From Pirellulales bacterium (GTDB lineage: Bacteria; Planctomycetota; Planctomycetia; Pirellulales; PALSA-1355): a DNA stretch of 64,000 bases. Shown in pieces: positions 20,070 through 30,736 of this stretch (position 1 is its first letter; each line of letters opens with the position of its first letter). The notes beneath the pieces were generated by a model, which saw nothing but the letters and a program-made list of their open reading frames with translations, did not search any database and was not told the DNA's origin. The position numbers were made by a program, and so were the translations under genes. The DNA is taken from the NCBI GenBank assembly GCA_963733035.1, contig CAVTBU010000005.1:928001-992000 (forward strand), in the 5' to 3' direction.

Positions 20070-21272
20070 ATGAGCACTGCGCCCACGCATCCCTTGCCGC
20101 CCCGTTTGGTCTCGCTCGACGCCTATCGCGGGCTGACGATGTTGGCCATGGCCTCGGGCGGCCTGGGGCTCCATCGCGTGGCGGAAAACATGCGGAAGAG
20201 CGGCCACGATTCGCCGTTCTGGGAAGTCATCGGCTATCAGTTTGAGCATGTCGATTGGGTCGGCTGCGCTGCATGGGATTTGATCCAACCCTCGTTTATG
20301 TTCATGGTCGGTGTTGCCATGGCCTATTCGTGTGCCAGCCGCCAGGCGCGCGGTCAGAGTTGGGGACAAATGTTTCGCCACGCGGCAGTCCGCTCCGTCG
20401 TCTTGGTGGCGCTGGGGATCTTCTTGCGATCGGACGGACGCGATCAGACCTATTTCACGTTCGAAGATGTGCTGACGCAAATCGGTCTGGGCTACACATT
20501 CCTATTCCTACTTTGGAACCGGCCTACCTGGGTACAGTTGGTAGCTGCATTCGGGATCCTGGCTGGATACTGGGCGCTGTTTTATCTATATCCCCTGCCG
20601 CCGGCCGACTTCGACTACTCTGCGGTCGGTGTGGGCCCCGACTGGCCGCATCTGGAAGGAGTGGGCGCCCATTGGGACAAGAACACCAATGCCGCTCACT
20701 ACTTTGATACCTGGTTTCTCAACCTCTTCCCTCGGAAAGAATTGTTCGCCTACAACGGCGGCGGTTATCTCACGCTCAGTTTCGTGCCCTCGCTCGCCAC
20801 GATGATCTTTGGGCTCATCTCGGGTGAACTACTGCGGGGCGGCTGGAGCCAGAGCCGCAAGTTCCTGATCCTGGTACTCGCCGGTATCGTGGGGCTGGCT
20901 GCCGGTTGGGGCTGGCAGCAGAGTGGTTGGTGCCCGATTGTGAAGCGCATTTGGACACCTAGCTGGACGCTTTTCAGTACGGGCTGGACTTGTTTGATTC
21001 TGGCTGCTTTCTTCGGGGTGGTCGATATTCTCGGTTTCCGGAAGTGGACATTTCCGTTGGTGGTCGTCGGAATGAACTCGATTACCACGTACGTGCTGGC
21101 CGAGCTATCCAAAGGTTGGTTCTATGAAACGATCAAGACCCACTTCGGCGAAGGAATCTTCGGACTACTGGGACCGGACTACGAGCCTTTTTTGGCACAA
21201 GTTTTCATCCTTTTGGCGATCTGGCTGTTCTTATACTGGCTGTACCGTCAGCGTGTGTTCATTCGCATTTGA
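20070..21272 (+). CDS. DUF5009 / heparan-alpha-glucosaminide N-acetyltransferase-like membrane protein
   Basis: RLVSLDAYRG, WDLIQPSFMFMVG, PIVKRIWTPS, VVGMNSI; multi-TM. Confidence 0.85.
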   Translation: MSTAPTHPLPPRLVSLDAYRGLTMLAMASGGLGLHRVAENMRKSGHDSPFWEVIGYQFEHVDWVGCAAWDLIQPSFMFMVGVAMAYSCASRQARGQSWGQMFRHAAVRSVVLVALGIFLRSDGRDQTYFTFEDVLTQIGLGYTFLFLLWNRPTWVQLVAAFGILAGYWALFYLYPLPPADFDYSAVGVGPDWPHLEGVGAHWDKNTNAAHYFDTWFLNLFPRKELFAYNGGGYLTLSFVPSLATMIFGLISGELLRGGWSQSRKFLILVLAGIVGLAAGWGWQQSGWCPIVKRIWTPSWTLFSTGWTCLILAAFFGVVDILGFRKWTFPLVVVGMNSITTYVLAELSKGWFYETIKTHFGEGIFGLLGPDYEPFLAQVFILLAIWLFLYWLYRQRVFIRI

Positions 21273-21375
21273 TGCGTCGGGCGCGCACTAGTCCCGAAGC
21301 TTGGGCGCGGTACGATTAAGGGCTGTCTGGTCACAAGACGCAAATATCAAGTCTCCCCAGTCTGTTGGGTCGGTG

Positions 21376-22647
21376 ATGTCTCTTCCAGAACAACCGCGCC
21401 TGCGCCGAGTCGAAAGTTTTCCGGTTAGCCAATCGCATGGCGAAGTGGTATTTGCGCTGCGCGACCCGGACGGATTTGCAGGCTCGGTCGTTTTGCCCTA
21501 CACGGCGGCCGCGCTCGTTTCGCTGATGGACGGCACGCGGACGATCTCGGAAATCCAGAAAGCGTTTCGTGAGCAGTTTCGCCAAAGTGTGGACGTGACT
21601 GACATCGAACAGTTGGCTCGCGACCTTGACGATCGACTGCTGCTAGACACTCCCCGTTTTCGTGCCAGGTGGAAACACGAAATCGAAATCTACTTGAATA
21701 GTCAAACTCGACCGGCAGCGCACGCTGGTAAGGCCTACCCGGCCGAATCCCAGGCACTGCAAGCAGAGCTGAATGCAATCTTCTCTAGCGACAAGGGCCC
21801 CGGCTTGCCTGCCAATTCGAGGTCGCCTGGCGAGAGTTCACCGGAACTTGTCGGTATCCTTAGTCCCCATATCGACTTGCACCGCGGGGGAACAACCTAC
21901 GCCTGGGCATACAAACGCGTGATCGAGGAAACGAACGCCGACCTGTTCGTGATTCTGGGCACGGCCCACAACCCGATGCGGAATCTTTTCTCGGTCACGC
22001 GCAAGCACTTCGAAACACCGCTTGGCACGGTGGAGACCGACCGACAGATCGCCGCCAGGCTCTCGGCGAATCTTGCGGCAACTCCCGGGGGCGCAAACTT
22101 GAATCTGGCGGCCGACGAGCTGGCACATCGCCACGAACACTCCATTGAGTTTCAGGTCGTGTTCCTTCAGTACTTGTTGGGCGACAAACGCCCGTTCAAA
22201 ATCCTGCCTGTGCTTGTCGGTTCGTTGCACGAGTACGTCTCGGGCGGTTCGTCCCCCTCCAGGTCGCCAGAAATGCAGGCGTTCGCGGCGGCACTACGAA
22301 AGACCGTGGCCAGCCACCCGGGACGGGTTTTTTACATCAGCAGCGGCGACCTGGCGCATATCGGGCAGCGGTTTGGCGATCGGGAATTCCTCGACGCCGA
22401 CCGCCTGAAAGCCCAAGCCGATAGCGACCGCGATCTTTTGTCGACCGCTTGCCAAGCGGATGCCGAAGAGTTCTTCCAGCACGTTGCCCGACAACGGGAC
22501 GCCAGTCGCGTGTGCGGCTTGGCTCCGACCTATACCTTGCTCGAAGTGGCCCAACCTGGCCACGGCGAGGTACTGAAATACGATCAGGCGGTGGAGCTTG
22601 ACGGTACCGCCTGTGTCAGCTTCGGAAGCGTGGCCTTCTATCGTTGA
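21376..22647 (+). CDS. AmmeMemoRadiSam protein B (Memo family) with N-terminal winged-helix extension
   Basis: RPAAHAGKAYP, SPHID, HRHEHSIEFQ, SSGDLAHIG, VCG motifs. Confidence 0.88.
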   Translation: MSLPEQPRLRRVESFPVSQSHGEVVFALRDPDGFAGSVVLPYTAAALVSLMDGTRTISEIQKAFREQFRQSVDVTDIEQLARDLDDRLLLDTPRFRARWKHEIEIYLNSQTRPAAHAGKAYPAESQALQAELNAIFSSDKGPGLPANSRSPGESSPELVGILSPHIDLHRGGTTYAWAYKRVIEETNADLFVILGTAHNPMRNLFSVTRKHFETPLGTVETDRQIAARLSANLAATPGGANLNLAADELAHRHEHSIEFQVVFLQYLLGDKRPFKILPVLVGSLHEYVSGGSSPSRSPEMQAFAAALRKTVASHPGRVFYISSGDLAHIGQRFGDREFLDADRLKAQADSDRDLLSTACQADAEEFFQHVARQRDASRVCGLAPTYTLLEVAQPGHGEVLKYDQAVELDGTACVSFGSVAFYR

Positions 22648-22762
22648 TAGCGAAGCGGTAAGGTCGTGCAAAATCGGGCGTGCCGGGTGAGAGCTTTTCC
22701 TCGTGCTGGCTTTACTCTAGAATTCGGGCTTTGGCGGCCGCACGACGAATGAGCGGATTTCC

Positions 22763-24031
22763 GTGAGCACGCACAAAATTCATATCATCGGCATCGGCGA
22801 CGACGGTCTATCGGGCGTCACCTCGACGGCCAAACGGTTGATCGACGAAGCTCAAGTGTTGGTCGGCGCGGAAGCGACGCTTGCCCAGATACCCGCTTCC
22901 AAGGCCCCGCGCATAGTCGTTGGCGGCAACCTCGACGAGGCCGTTGATCGGATTTCCGCGACGGGCAATAGGCGTGTTGTCGTACTGGCCTCGGGCGATC
23001 CGCTTTTTTACGGCGTGGCCCGCTATCTTTGCGACAAATTGGGGAAGGACAACTTTGAGGTCCTGCCGCACGTCAGCAGTATGCAACTCGCCTTTGCCCG
23101 CGTGAAAGAAAGCTGGGAAGAGGCTTATCTGACTGATCTAACCAACCGACCGCTGGAACAGGTGCTGGAAAAAATTCGCTCGGCGACCAAAGTCGGGCTC
23201 TTTACGAGCGATGCCACGCCGCCCAAGGCCGTGGCCAAGGCAATGCTTGAGCGGCGGATTGACTATTTTTCGGCCTACGTGTGCGAGAATCTCGGGTCGC
23301 CAGATGAACGTGTCACGCAAGGCGAGCTGGCCGAAATTGCCACGCAAGACTTCAGCCCGCTGAATGTCATGGTTCTGGTGCGGCGTCCCAACGTGCCGGA
23401 TCGCCCCAGCGAAGCGATCGGCCGGCGCCTGTTTGGCAATCCGGATGAAGCCTTCCTCCAATCTACGCCCAAACAGGGGCTGCTCACGCCATCGGAAGTG
23501 CGCTCGATGGCCCTGGCCGAATTGGATTTGGGACCTACAAGCGTGGTGTGGGATATCGGTGCCGGTAGCGGCTCGGTTTCAATCGAAGCGGCGCAAATCG
23601 CGTCCGGGGGAACGGTTTACGCTATTGAAATGGATCCGCAGGACCACGAGTTGATCATCGCCAACGCCGAACGATTCCGCGTAACGAACCTGGTGCCCGT
23701 ACTCGGCCGGGCACCGGATGCCTGGAAGGACTTACCCGATGCAGACGCCATTTTCGTCGGTGGCAGCAGCCGTGAAATCAGCAAGATTGTGGAGACGGCC
23801 TTTAGCAGGCTACGTGCGGGTGGACGGCTGGTGGCGAACGTCGGCAGCATTGAGAGCCTCTCGGCCGTTCATAGCACACTGATTCGACTCACCAAAGACG
23901 TGAATGTCTGGATGATTAATGTCGCTCGCGGTACCTACCAACTCGAACGCGTCCGATTCGAGGCGCTCAATCCGACGTTTCTGCTGGGCGTCGTGAAACC
24001 TGGCGCTCGAGGAGCGCAGTCGACATCGTGA
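22763..24031 (+). CDS. cbiET: Precorrin-6Y C5,15-methyltransferase (CbiE-CbiT / CobL fusion)
   Basis: [32 protein letters not shown]; CbiT half [15 protein letters not shown]. Confidence 0.9.
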   Translation: MSTHKIHIIGIGDDGLSGVTSTAKRLIDEAQVLVGAEATLAQIPASKAPRIVVGGNLDEAVDRISATGNRRVVVLASGDPLFYGVARYLCDKLGKDNFEVLPHVSSMQLAFARVKESWEEAYLTDLTNRPLEQVLEKIRSATKVGLFTSDATPPKAVAKAMLERRIDYFSAYVCENLGSPDERVTQGELAEIATQDFSPLNVMVLVRRPNVPDRPSEAIGRRLFGNPDEAFLQSTPKQGLLTPSEVRSMALAELDLGPTSVVWDIGAGSGSVSIEAAQIASGGTVYAIEMDPQDHELIIANAERFRVTNLVPVLGRAPDAWKDLPDADAIFVGGSSREISKIVETAFSRLRAGGRLVANVGSIESLSAVHSTLIRLTKDVNVWMINVARGTYQLERVRFEALNPTFLLGVVKPGARGAQSTS

Positions 24032-24801
24032 TAAACGTAAATGATTTTCCCCAACTCGACGTCATCGCCGTTGGTGCGCATCCGGACGATGTGGAGATTG
24101 CCTGCGGCGGTACCCTCGCCAAGCTCGTGCAGCAGGGGTACCAGGTCGGCATCATCGACCTGACCGACGGCGAACCGACGCCCGCCTCGCCCGGTCCCGA
24201 AGCGCGGCTTGCGGAAGCCCAACAGGCAGCCGCGACACTGGGTGTGCAAGTCCGGGCGCAACTCGATTTACCCAATCGGCGATTGTTTGATTCGTTTGAA
24301 GCTCGGGTCGCCTTAGCCAAGGAGTTTCGCAAATACCGCCCGCGGCTGGTCATCGGTTTTGGAGAAAAAACGCCGCTCGCATCACCTGACCATTGGCAGG
24401 CCATGCAGATCACGGACGCGGCAATTTTCTATTCTCGGCTCACCAAGTGGGACGAACACTTCGATCATCTGCCCGTTCACACGATCTCGGCCCATCTGTA
24501 CTACACGCTGGGGTTCACCACGCTCACGCTGCCGCTTGCGGCCGGGCACCTCGTAGTCGATATCGGCGATACGCTGGAAACGAAGGTCAAAGCTGTCCGA
24601 TGCTACGCCACGCAGTTTCCCAAGTCGAAAGAACACATCTTCGAGCGAATTCGCGCCAACGCAATGCACGACGGGATTGCCGCTGGTTACGACGCCGGCG
24701 AACTGTTTGCCAGTACCCGTACGCTAGGAACGCGGGACCTCGTGCATTTCTTGTTTGGCCAGACACCCGCCGACGAACCGCGCAGGCCGCCGGTGCGATA
24801 A
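24028..24801 (+). CDS. PIG-L family deacetylase (BshB1-like)
   Basis: [26 protein letters not shown] overlap with cbiET. Confidence 0.85.
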   Translation: MINVNDFPQLDVIAVGAHPDDVEIACGGTLAKLVQQGYQVGIIDLTDGEPTPASPGPEARLAEAQQAAATLGVQVRAQLDLPNRRLFDSFEARVALAKEFRKYRPRLVIGFGEKTPLASPDHWQAMQITDAAIFYSRLTKWDEHFDHLPVHTISAHLYYTLGFTTLTLPLAAGHLVVDIGDTLETKVKAVRCYATQFPKSKEHIFERIRANAMHDGIAAGYDAGELFASTRTLGTRDLVHFLFGQTPADEPRRPPVR

Positions 24802-24808
24802 GCGGAAC

Positions 24809-25804
24809 TCATCGCTTGGCGGGGCGAAATTTCCGTAGCGCCAACAAGACGGCCTCAATGTCTGCCGGCAACGGGGCGATGAATTCCAGTGGTTGCCCGC
24901 TCTCGGGATGCAGGATCTTCAGCCGCCGCGCGTGAAGTGCCTGCCTGTCAAGCAATACGGTTCCATTTTCGGTGTCATGGCTGAGTTCGCCGCCGGTTAG
25001 CAACGCACGACCGCCGTACAACCTATCGCACAGCACGGGACAACCGATGCTGGCCAAGTGCAGGCGAATCTGATGCGTGCGGCCGGTTTTTGGTAATACG
25101 CGAAACGCCACGAAACCGTCAAATCGCTCGCTTACTTCATAAAAGGTCTGAGCCTCCCGGCTCGTGGGGTGGTCGCGCCGCACGGCCATCTTTTCACGCT
25201 GATAGGGGTGTGCACCGACCGGCAAGTCGACGGTGTCTCGATCGCGATCAATCGTGCCTGCACAAAGAGCGAAATACTCTTTCTCGACTGCGCACATTTC
25301 AAATTGCTCGGCCAGCCGCAAATGCGCCAAATCGGTCTTCGCGACAACAATCACGCCGCTGGTGTCGCGGTCGAGCCGATGAACGATGCCCGGCCGGGTG
25401 GCGCCACCAGCCGTGCTAAGCTCGTCGAAATGAAACTGCAGGGCCGCCGTAAGCGTACCTGCCCAATGTCCCTTGCCGGGGTGCACGACCATCCCAGGCG
25501 GTTTGTTGATGGCGGCCAACTGCGAGTCCTCATAGAGGACATCGAGCGGGATGTTCTCGGGCTGCGGACCCGCGTGAGGCAACTCGGGCAGGACAATCGT
25601 GATCCGCTCGCCCAGTTGCAGCTTGTGAGCCGCTTTCACACGGCGACCGTCGACTCGCACTCCGGCAGCGTTGATCACCTTGCGCAGCAGCATTCGGCTG
25701 TAGTTGGGAAACTGCTGGGCGAGATACCAGTCGAGGCGTGCACCGACATGCTCCTCGGGCACAACAAGTTCGCGTGGTTCACCGGAAAGTTCTTCGCCGC
25801 TCAT
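24809..25804 (-). CDS. rluD: RluA/RluD-family 23S rRNA pseudouridine synthase with S4 domain
   Basis: RLDWYL S4 domain, NKPPGMVVHP, VHRLDRDTSG, TGRTHQIR, QALHA. Confidence 0.9.
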   Translation of the reverse strand: MSGEELSGEPRELVVPEEHVGARLDWYLAQQFPNYSRMLLRKVINAAGVRVDGRRVKAAHKLQLGERITIVLPELPHAGPQPENIPLDVLYEDSQLAAINKPPGMVVHPGKGHWAGTLTAALQFHFDELSTAGGATRPGIVHRLDRDTSGVIVVAKTDLAHLRLAEQFEMCAVEKEYFALCAGTIDRDRDTVDLPVGAHPYQREKMAVRRDHPTSREAQTFYEVSERFDGFVAFRVLPKTGRTHQIRLHLASIGCPVLCDRLYGGRALLTGGELSHDTENGTVLLDRQALHARRLKILHPESGQPLEFIAPLPADIEAVLLALRKFRPAKR

Positions 25805-25831
25805 GGAGTTTCAGGTTGCGGCGTATACTCG

Positions 25832-26755
25832 TTACTCAAGCTCCGGACCGCCGGACTCGGGCTTTGTGTCGTCCGTCGTTGGGGGCGAGGAGGGTTCAAT
25901 CGCCGGTTCACTTTTCGGCGATTCGCTGCTGGTCGAAGGTGGTTCCGGCTCGGGACTGGCCGGCGGTTCCTCGGCGGCTTCTTCTTGGCCGTTCTTACTG
26001 TCGGTGGCCGAAACACCCGGCAGGTTCGGGAACGGCGCTGCGTTGTCGTCCAACGAAGACGGCAACTGAAGAGTGCCCGTGTCTGGCTCCTTCAAGAAAT
26101 CTGGGCGAGCACCGGGGGTGCCTGGCTCTTGTGATAGCGGCTTGGGAGGCTCGTACTTGGCAATCCAGTCATAGAATTGCTTGGTCGGCAATTGATCAAG
26201 GTCACTGGCCCGCGCTTCAGCCGCGGCGGCAAAGGGACTGCCTGGCCACTTCTGGGCAAGCGAGCGATACTCGCTGCGTGCCTTTTCCAGCTCGCCAGAT
26301 GCTTCCAGTGCGCGAGCCAGTCCGTAGGTAGCCCGCTCTTGAATGGTGTTAGGCGCATCTCCTATCAAGATGGCGCTGTATTTCTCTTCAGCGTCGCGCA
26401 GTTGATCGTGGGCCAAGGACCGATCGGTTAAGAGCCGGTTTGTGCCATTATCGAGGTCCCAGTCGGCAATCGTCAATCGAGCCCAATCGGCGACAAGCGT
26501 GCCACCGTATTGTTCCGCGATATCCTGCAGGCGCTGATCATCGCGCATGCCTACGGCCATGAAGTAGTCGTTCCAGCCGTCAGCCACATGGCGGCGATTC
26601 TGTGTCGCGATGTACCCCCAAACGATGATGGCCACGATCAGCGCAATCACGCCTGCGAGCAGCGCTCGGCCATATGGCTTGGCGGCTTCGGTCCAGTGGG
26701 CCAACGCGTTTGCCAGCTCGTTGGTTTGCAGTTCGTGACGTCGCTCCGTCTTCAT
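25832..26755 (-). CDS. YfgM-like single-TM TPR protein with Pro/Glu-rich tail
   Basis: MKTERRHELQTNEL, TM helix, TPR-like ATYGLARALE..ARSEY, low-complexity C-terminus. Confidence 0.75.
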   Translation of the reverse strand: MKTERRHELQTNELANALAHWTEAAKPYGRALLAGVIALIVAIIVWGYIATQNRRHVADGWNDYFMAVGMRDDQRLQDIAEQYGGTLVADWARLTIADWDLDNGTNRLLTDRSLAHDQLRDAEEKYSAILIGDAPNTIQERATYGLARALEASGELEKARSEYRSLAQKWPGSPFAAAAEARASDLDQLPTKQFYDWIAKYEPPKPLSQEPGTPGARPDFLKEPDTGTLQLPSSLDDNAAPFPNLPGVSATDSKNGQEEAAEEPPASPEPEPPSTSSESPKSEPAIEPSSPPTTDDTKPESGGPELE

Positions 26756-26838
26756 ACGGTTGCCTTGCAGGGGGCGAATGAATCGGCCACCGACGCATTC
26801 CAAATTGCGCCGCGTAGTCGAAAGGTTGGCGAACCCGA

Positions 26839-26868
26839 AGTATAGGGCCGCCCGGCAAATTGGGTCAA
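26839..26868 (-). promoter_or_regulatory. sigma70-type promoter for TPR gene-rluD
   Basis: TTGACC-18 nt-TATACT. Confidence 0.5.
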
Positions 26869-26943
26869 GGCCGCACCAGCCTCCAGGGTAGTTGGGGGCC
26901 GGTCAAGGCCTTGTGACCCTTGCGAACTGCTTTTCGTTCGGAC

Positions 26944-27513
26944 TTACAAGGGGCGACGCGGCAGCTCACGCCGATAGGGTGGCTCTTCTGCGGGTGGCAG
27001 CGAATCGCCAAAATCGTCGGCCCAGGCCAGACGCTCTGACTCGCTGGCATAATACCGGAGCCAGACGGTCGGATCGCCCCCCATGTCCGCACAATCCCAG
27101 TGTAGATAGTTGTTCAACGAGTCGATCTTCTTCTCGCAACACGGCAGGATGTCTCGGTAGATCAGGCAGTACAGTTCCCGGTCCGACAAGTGGTCGGTGA
27201 AATCAAGCACGATTCGCCGATCATGCAACTTGTGAATCGTATCCCACAACAGATCACGAAGCTGCCCATTATCCAACGTGTCGGGGTGAGGCAGCCGCAA
27301 CTCGGGCTCGAACCATTGCGCGATGGGCAGAATCGGCGCCCGCTCCCAAGCCAGCATGGAGGCCAGGAATTCATTCTCCATGGGAGTCGGCAGTTCTTCG
27401 ACGTTGACGCTTCGGATCGATTCGTCGAAGTAGGGTTCGAGCTCGTTGCGCAACTCCGCGTTACGCAACAGATGTTCGACCTCATCGGGTAGCGGCTTGT
27501 GATTCGTGGACAT
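26944..27513 (-). CDS. Conserved hypothetical protein
   Basis: 189-aa acidic ORF with globular-looking blocks ENEFLASMLAWE, FTDHLSDRELY, WLRYYA. Confidence 0.75.
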   Translation of the reverse strand: MSTNHKPLPDEVEHLLRNAELRNELEPYFDESIRSVNVEELPTPMENEFLASMLAWERAPILPIAQWFEPELRLPHPDTLDNGQLRDLLWDTIHKLHDRRIVLDFTDHLSDRELYCLIYRDILPCCEKKIDSLNNYLHWDCADMGGDPTVWLRYYASESERLAWADDFGDSLPPAEEPPYRRELPRRPL

Positions 27514-27761
27514 CGCGATTGGTCAGCCTTGGAGCAATTACTGGAAGTTCGGCAAAGCGGCAGGAAGCAGAGAGCGATTCGACAAACGGGGTGTGAATTC
27601 CGTGACAGACTGGAGCCTGATGTCGTGCGATCATAGTCGTGTCGAAGCCGTAAATAACAGCTCCAGCTTTTGACTCTAACAACAAACAACGGGCGATCAA
27701 GTATAATCACGCCAACATCTTGAGCCCCGAGACACTCGCCCACTACAAGATCGTTAAAGAC

Positions 27762-30725
27762 ATGAATCTCAAGCCGGCACAATCCGCACAACTGTTAAAC
27801 TCCCTCAAAAGACGCCTGGCTTGCGAAGTGCATCTCGACGAGTACACGCGGGCTCTCTACAGCACCGATGCCAGCGTTTATCAGATCATGCCCGTCGGCG
27901 TCGTCCTGCCGCGAACATGCGACGACGTCGTCTGCGTACATCAGGTGGCGGCCGAGGAAGGTCTGGCTGTTATTCCACGCGGCGGGGGAACGAGTCTGTC
28001 CGGTCAATCAATCGGTGCGGGGCTGATTATCGACTTCAGCAAATACATGCGAAGCATCGAGATCGACCCGGTGTCGCAGACGGCGCGTGTTCAGCCGGGC
28101 GTCGTGCTCGATCAACTCAACGCCGCGGCCGCGCAACACGCCCTGCAATTCGGTCCCGATGTGGCAACGAGTAGCCGAGCGAACATTGGCGGCATGCTGG
28201 GCAATAATTCGGCGGGGGCACGTTCGATTTGGCAGGGCAAGGCCGTCGATAGTGCAATCGCGCTTGAGATGGTGCTTTCCGATGGCACCCGGACGACTTT
28301 CGGGCCCCGTACATCCGATGAACTTCGACTGGACCAATCACGTGGAGACCTAGTCGGCCAGGCGACGCGTGAGGTCAGGCGAATCATTGCGGAAAACCAC
28401 GAGGAGATCAAACGCCGGTTTCCTAGAATCCTGCGGCGCGTCAGTGGTTACAATCTCGACGAATTCGTGCCCGAATGCCAGGCTCGTATTGCGGTTCCAC
28501 GGCTGATTGCTGGTGCCCGAGAACGGGAAGCCTCCATGTACCCGGGCGCCAGCTTCAACTTGGCGAAGTTGATCGTCGGTGCCGAAGGGACGCTCGGCAC
28601 GATCGCCGAAGCGCTCGTACACTTGCTGCCACTACCCAAGGTGCGATGCGTGCTTGTGCTGCATTTCGAAACGATGCAGTCGGCGGTGGCATCGATCGGA
28701 GCGATCCTGTCGTGCGAACCATCTGCCGCCGAACTCCTCGATGGCCTAATCGTTCGCCTGGCGCGACAGAGTCTGGAGTACCGCAATTATCTCGACTTTG
28801 TCGTCGGTGAACCGGAATCTCTCGTACTGGTGGAGTTCAATGGTCAAGATCCGGCTGAGGTACAGCGCAAAGCCGATGAGCTCGTTGAGGCCTTACGCGG
28901 TCAGCCCGGTCTTTTTCACGTCCTACCCGCCATGGGCAAAGAGCTCTGCGACCATGTGTGGGCCTGTCGCAAGGCAGCGTTGCCACTACTCATGGGACTT
29001 CCAGGCGTTCGCAAGCCGGTGGCATTTGTGGAGGACGGTGCCGTCGCTCCCGAGCACTTGTCGGCGTTTGTCGAGCGGTTCTGCGAAATCATGGCTCGGC
29101 ACGATACAGAAGGTGCCTTTTATGGCCACGCGTCGGTTGGCTGCCTGCACATTCGGCCGATGCTTGACCTGCGTACTCCACTCGACATTGAACGGATGCG
29201 GAAGATTTCCGGCGAAGTCTGCAACCTCGTTCTAGAATTCGGTGGCGCCATGAGCGGCGAACATGGCGATGGATTGGCGCGCAGCTATTTGAACGAGCGT
29301 CTCTTTGGACCAACGGTTTATCACGCATTCGAGCAAGTCAAAACGGCATTTGATCCCGAGCACCGGCTGAATCCCGGCAAGGTGGTCAGGGGCCCCAGTC
29401 CAGTCGAGAACCTGCGATTCGGTGTTGGCTACCAGACGCCTGACGTGCCCACCACGTTCGATTTTTCGCGCGAAGGGGGCTTTGCTCGCGCCGTCGAACT
29501 CTGCAACGGTGCGGGAGTTTGCCGCAAGTTGCAAACGGGCACAATGTGTCCCTCCTTCATGGTCACTCGCGACGAAGAACACAGCACTCGCGGACGGGCC
29601 AACGCACTGCGGATGGTTCTTTCAGGAGCGCTGCCACCCGAGGAGCTGACCGGCGACCGCCTGTTCGCCACCTATGACTTGTGTTTGCAGTGCAAGGGGT
29701 GCAAGGCGGAGTGCCCTTCGAACGTGGACGTGGCCAAGCTGAAGATGGAATTCCTCGATGGCTACTACCGGAAGAACGGAGCGCCAGTTGGCGTCCGGTT
29801 GTTGGCGAATGCGGCCCGCTTGAACAAACTTGGTTCTGCAATCGCGCCAGTCTCAAACTGGGCGACCTCGCTGCCCGGCGCTGGCTTGCTCGCCAAGCAC
29901 TTGCTAGGCGTTGACCCGCGGCGTCCCCTGCCGCACTTTGAACGCAATCATTTTCGCAAGTGGTTTCGCCGTAGCCGCCGCGCCGCCGCAAGTCCGTCCA
30001 GGTCCCGATCCAGTGCACCCAGCGGCCCGATTGTGCTCTTGGACGACTGCTTAACCAGCTACTGCGAACCGGAAGTGAATCGATCGGCCGTCGCTGTCTT
30101 GGAGGCCGCGGGCTTTGAGGTGACTTTGGCCGGGCTCGAGTGCTGTGGTCGCACCTGGGCTTCGAAGGGGTTGCTGGCGAAGGCTCGACAACTTGCGGAA
30201 GACAACATTGCGAGGCTGCTTCCCTGGGCAGAGGAAGGCATACCGATCGTCGGATGCGAACCCAGTTGCCTGTTCATGCTGGTTGATGAATACCCCGACT
30301 TGGTACCTGGAAAAGATGCCGAATTGGTAGCGGCACAAGCTGCCCTGGTTGACACGCTACTTGTGGAACGCCAAATCGTCTTGCCGCTAACGTCGCAACC
30401 ACAAGACATTTTGCTTCACGGTCATTGCCACCAAAAAGCCCTCGTCGGAACCGCGGATTCAGAGGCGGCCCTGGCCAGTATTCCGGGTGCCAAGGTGACG
30501 CCCGTCGATTCAGGCTGCTGCGGCATGGCGGGCTCGTTCGGCTACGAACACTACGATGTCAGCATGTCCATCGCAGAACGTGTGTTGCTGCCGGCAATTC
30601 GACAAGCGAATGACAGCACCATCGCTGCCCCGGGTTTCTCCTGTCGCCACCAGATCCATCACGGCACCGGCCGCTGGGCCAAACACCCTGTGCAGATCCT
30701 GGCAGAATGTCTTTCCGAGCGATGA
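27762..30725 (+). CDS. FAD-linked oxidase / (Fe-S)-binding protein (YdiJ-like GlcD+GlcF fusion)
   Basis: PRGGGTSLSGQ, GAEGTLG, GHASVGCLH, SGEHGDG, CLQCKGCKAECP, CCG domains. Confidence 0.92.
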   Translation: MNLKPAQSAQLLNSLKRRLACEVHLDEYTRALYSTDASVYQIMPVGVVLPRTCDDVVCVHQVAAEEGLAVIPRGGGTSLSGQSIGAGLIIDFSKYMRSIEIDPVSQTARVQPGVVLDQLNAAAAQHALQFGPDVATSSRANIGGMLGNNSAGARSIWQGKAVDSAIALEMVLSDGTRTTFGPRTSDELRLDQSRGDLVGQATREVRRIIAENHEEIKRRFPRILRRVSGYNLDEFVPECQARIAVPRLIAGAREREASMYPGASFNLAKLIVGAEGTLGTIAEALVHLLPLPKVRCVLVLHFETMQSAVASIGAILSCEPSAAELLDGLIVRLARQSLEYRNYLDFVVGEPESLVLVEFNGQDPAEVQRKADELVEALRGQPGLFHVLPAMGKELCDHVWACRKAALPLLMGLPGVRKPVAFVEDGAVAPEHLSAFVERFCEIMARHDTEGAFYGHASVGCLHIRPMLDLRTPLDIERMRKISGEVCNLVLEFGGAMSGEHGDGLARSYLNERLFGPTVYHAFEQVKTAFDPEHRLNPGKVVRGPSPVENLRFGVGYQTPDVPTTFDFSREGGFARAVELCNGAGVCRKLQTGTMCPSFMVTRDEEHSTRGRANALRMVLSGALPPEELTGDRLFATYDLCLQCKGCKAECPSNVDVAKLKMEFLDGYYRKNGAPVGVRLLANAARLNKLGSAIAPVSNWATSLPGAGLLAKHLLGVDPRRPLPHFERNHFRKWFRRSRRAAASPSRSRSSAPSGPIVLLDDCLTSYCEPEVNRSAVAVLEAAGFEVTLAGLECCGRTWASKGLLAKARQLAEDNIARLLPWAEEGIPIVGCEPSCLFMLVDEYPDLVPGKDAELVAAQAALVDTLLVERQIVLPLTSQPQDILLHGHCHQKALVGTADSEAALASIPGAKVTPVDSGCCGMAGSFGYEHYDVSMSIAERVLLPAIRQANDSTIAAPGFSCRHQIHHGTGRWAKHPVQILAECLSER

Positions 30726-30736
30726 GATCAGAGGCC

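Noticed and set aside
22648..22762. Cobalamin riboswitch before cbiET
   Set aside because: Region too short and lacks B12-box features
25169..26134. 321-aa plus-strand ORF
   Set aside because: Antisense to rluD and the TPR gene
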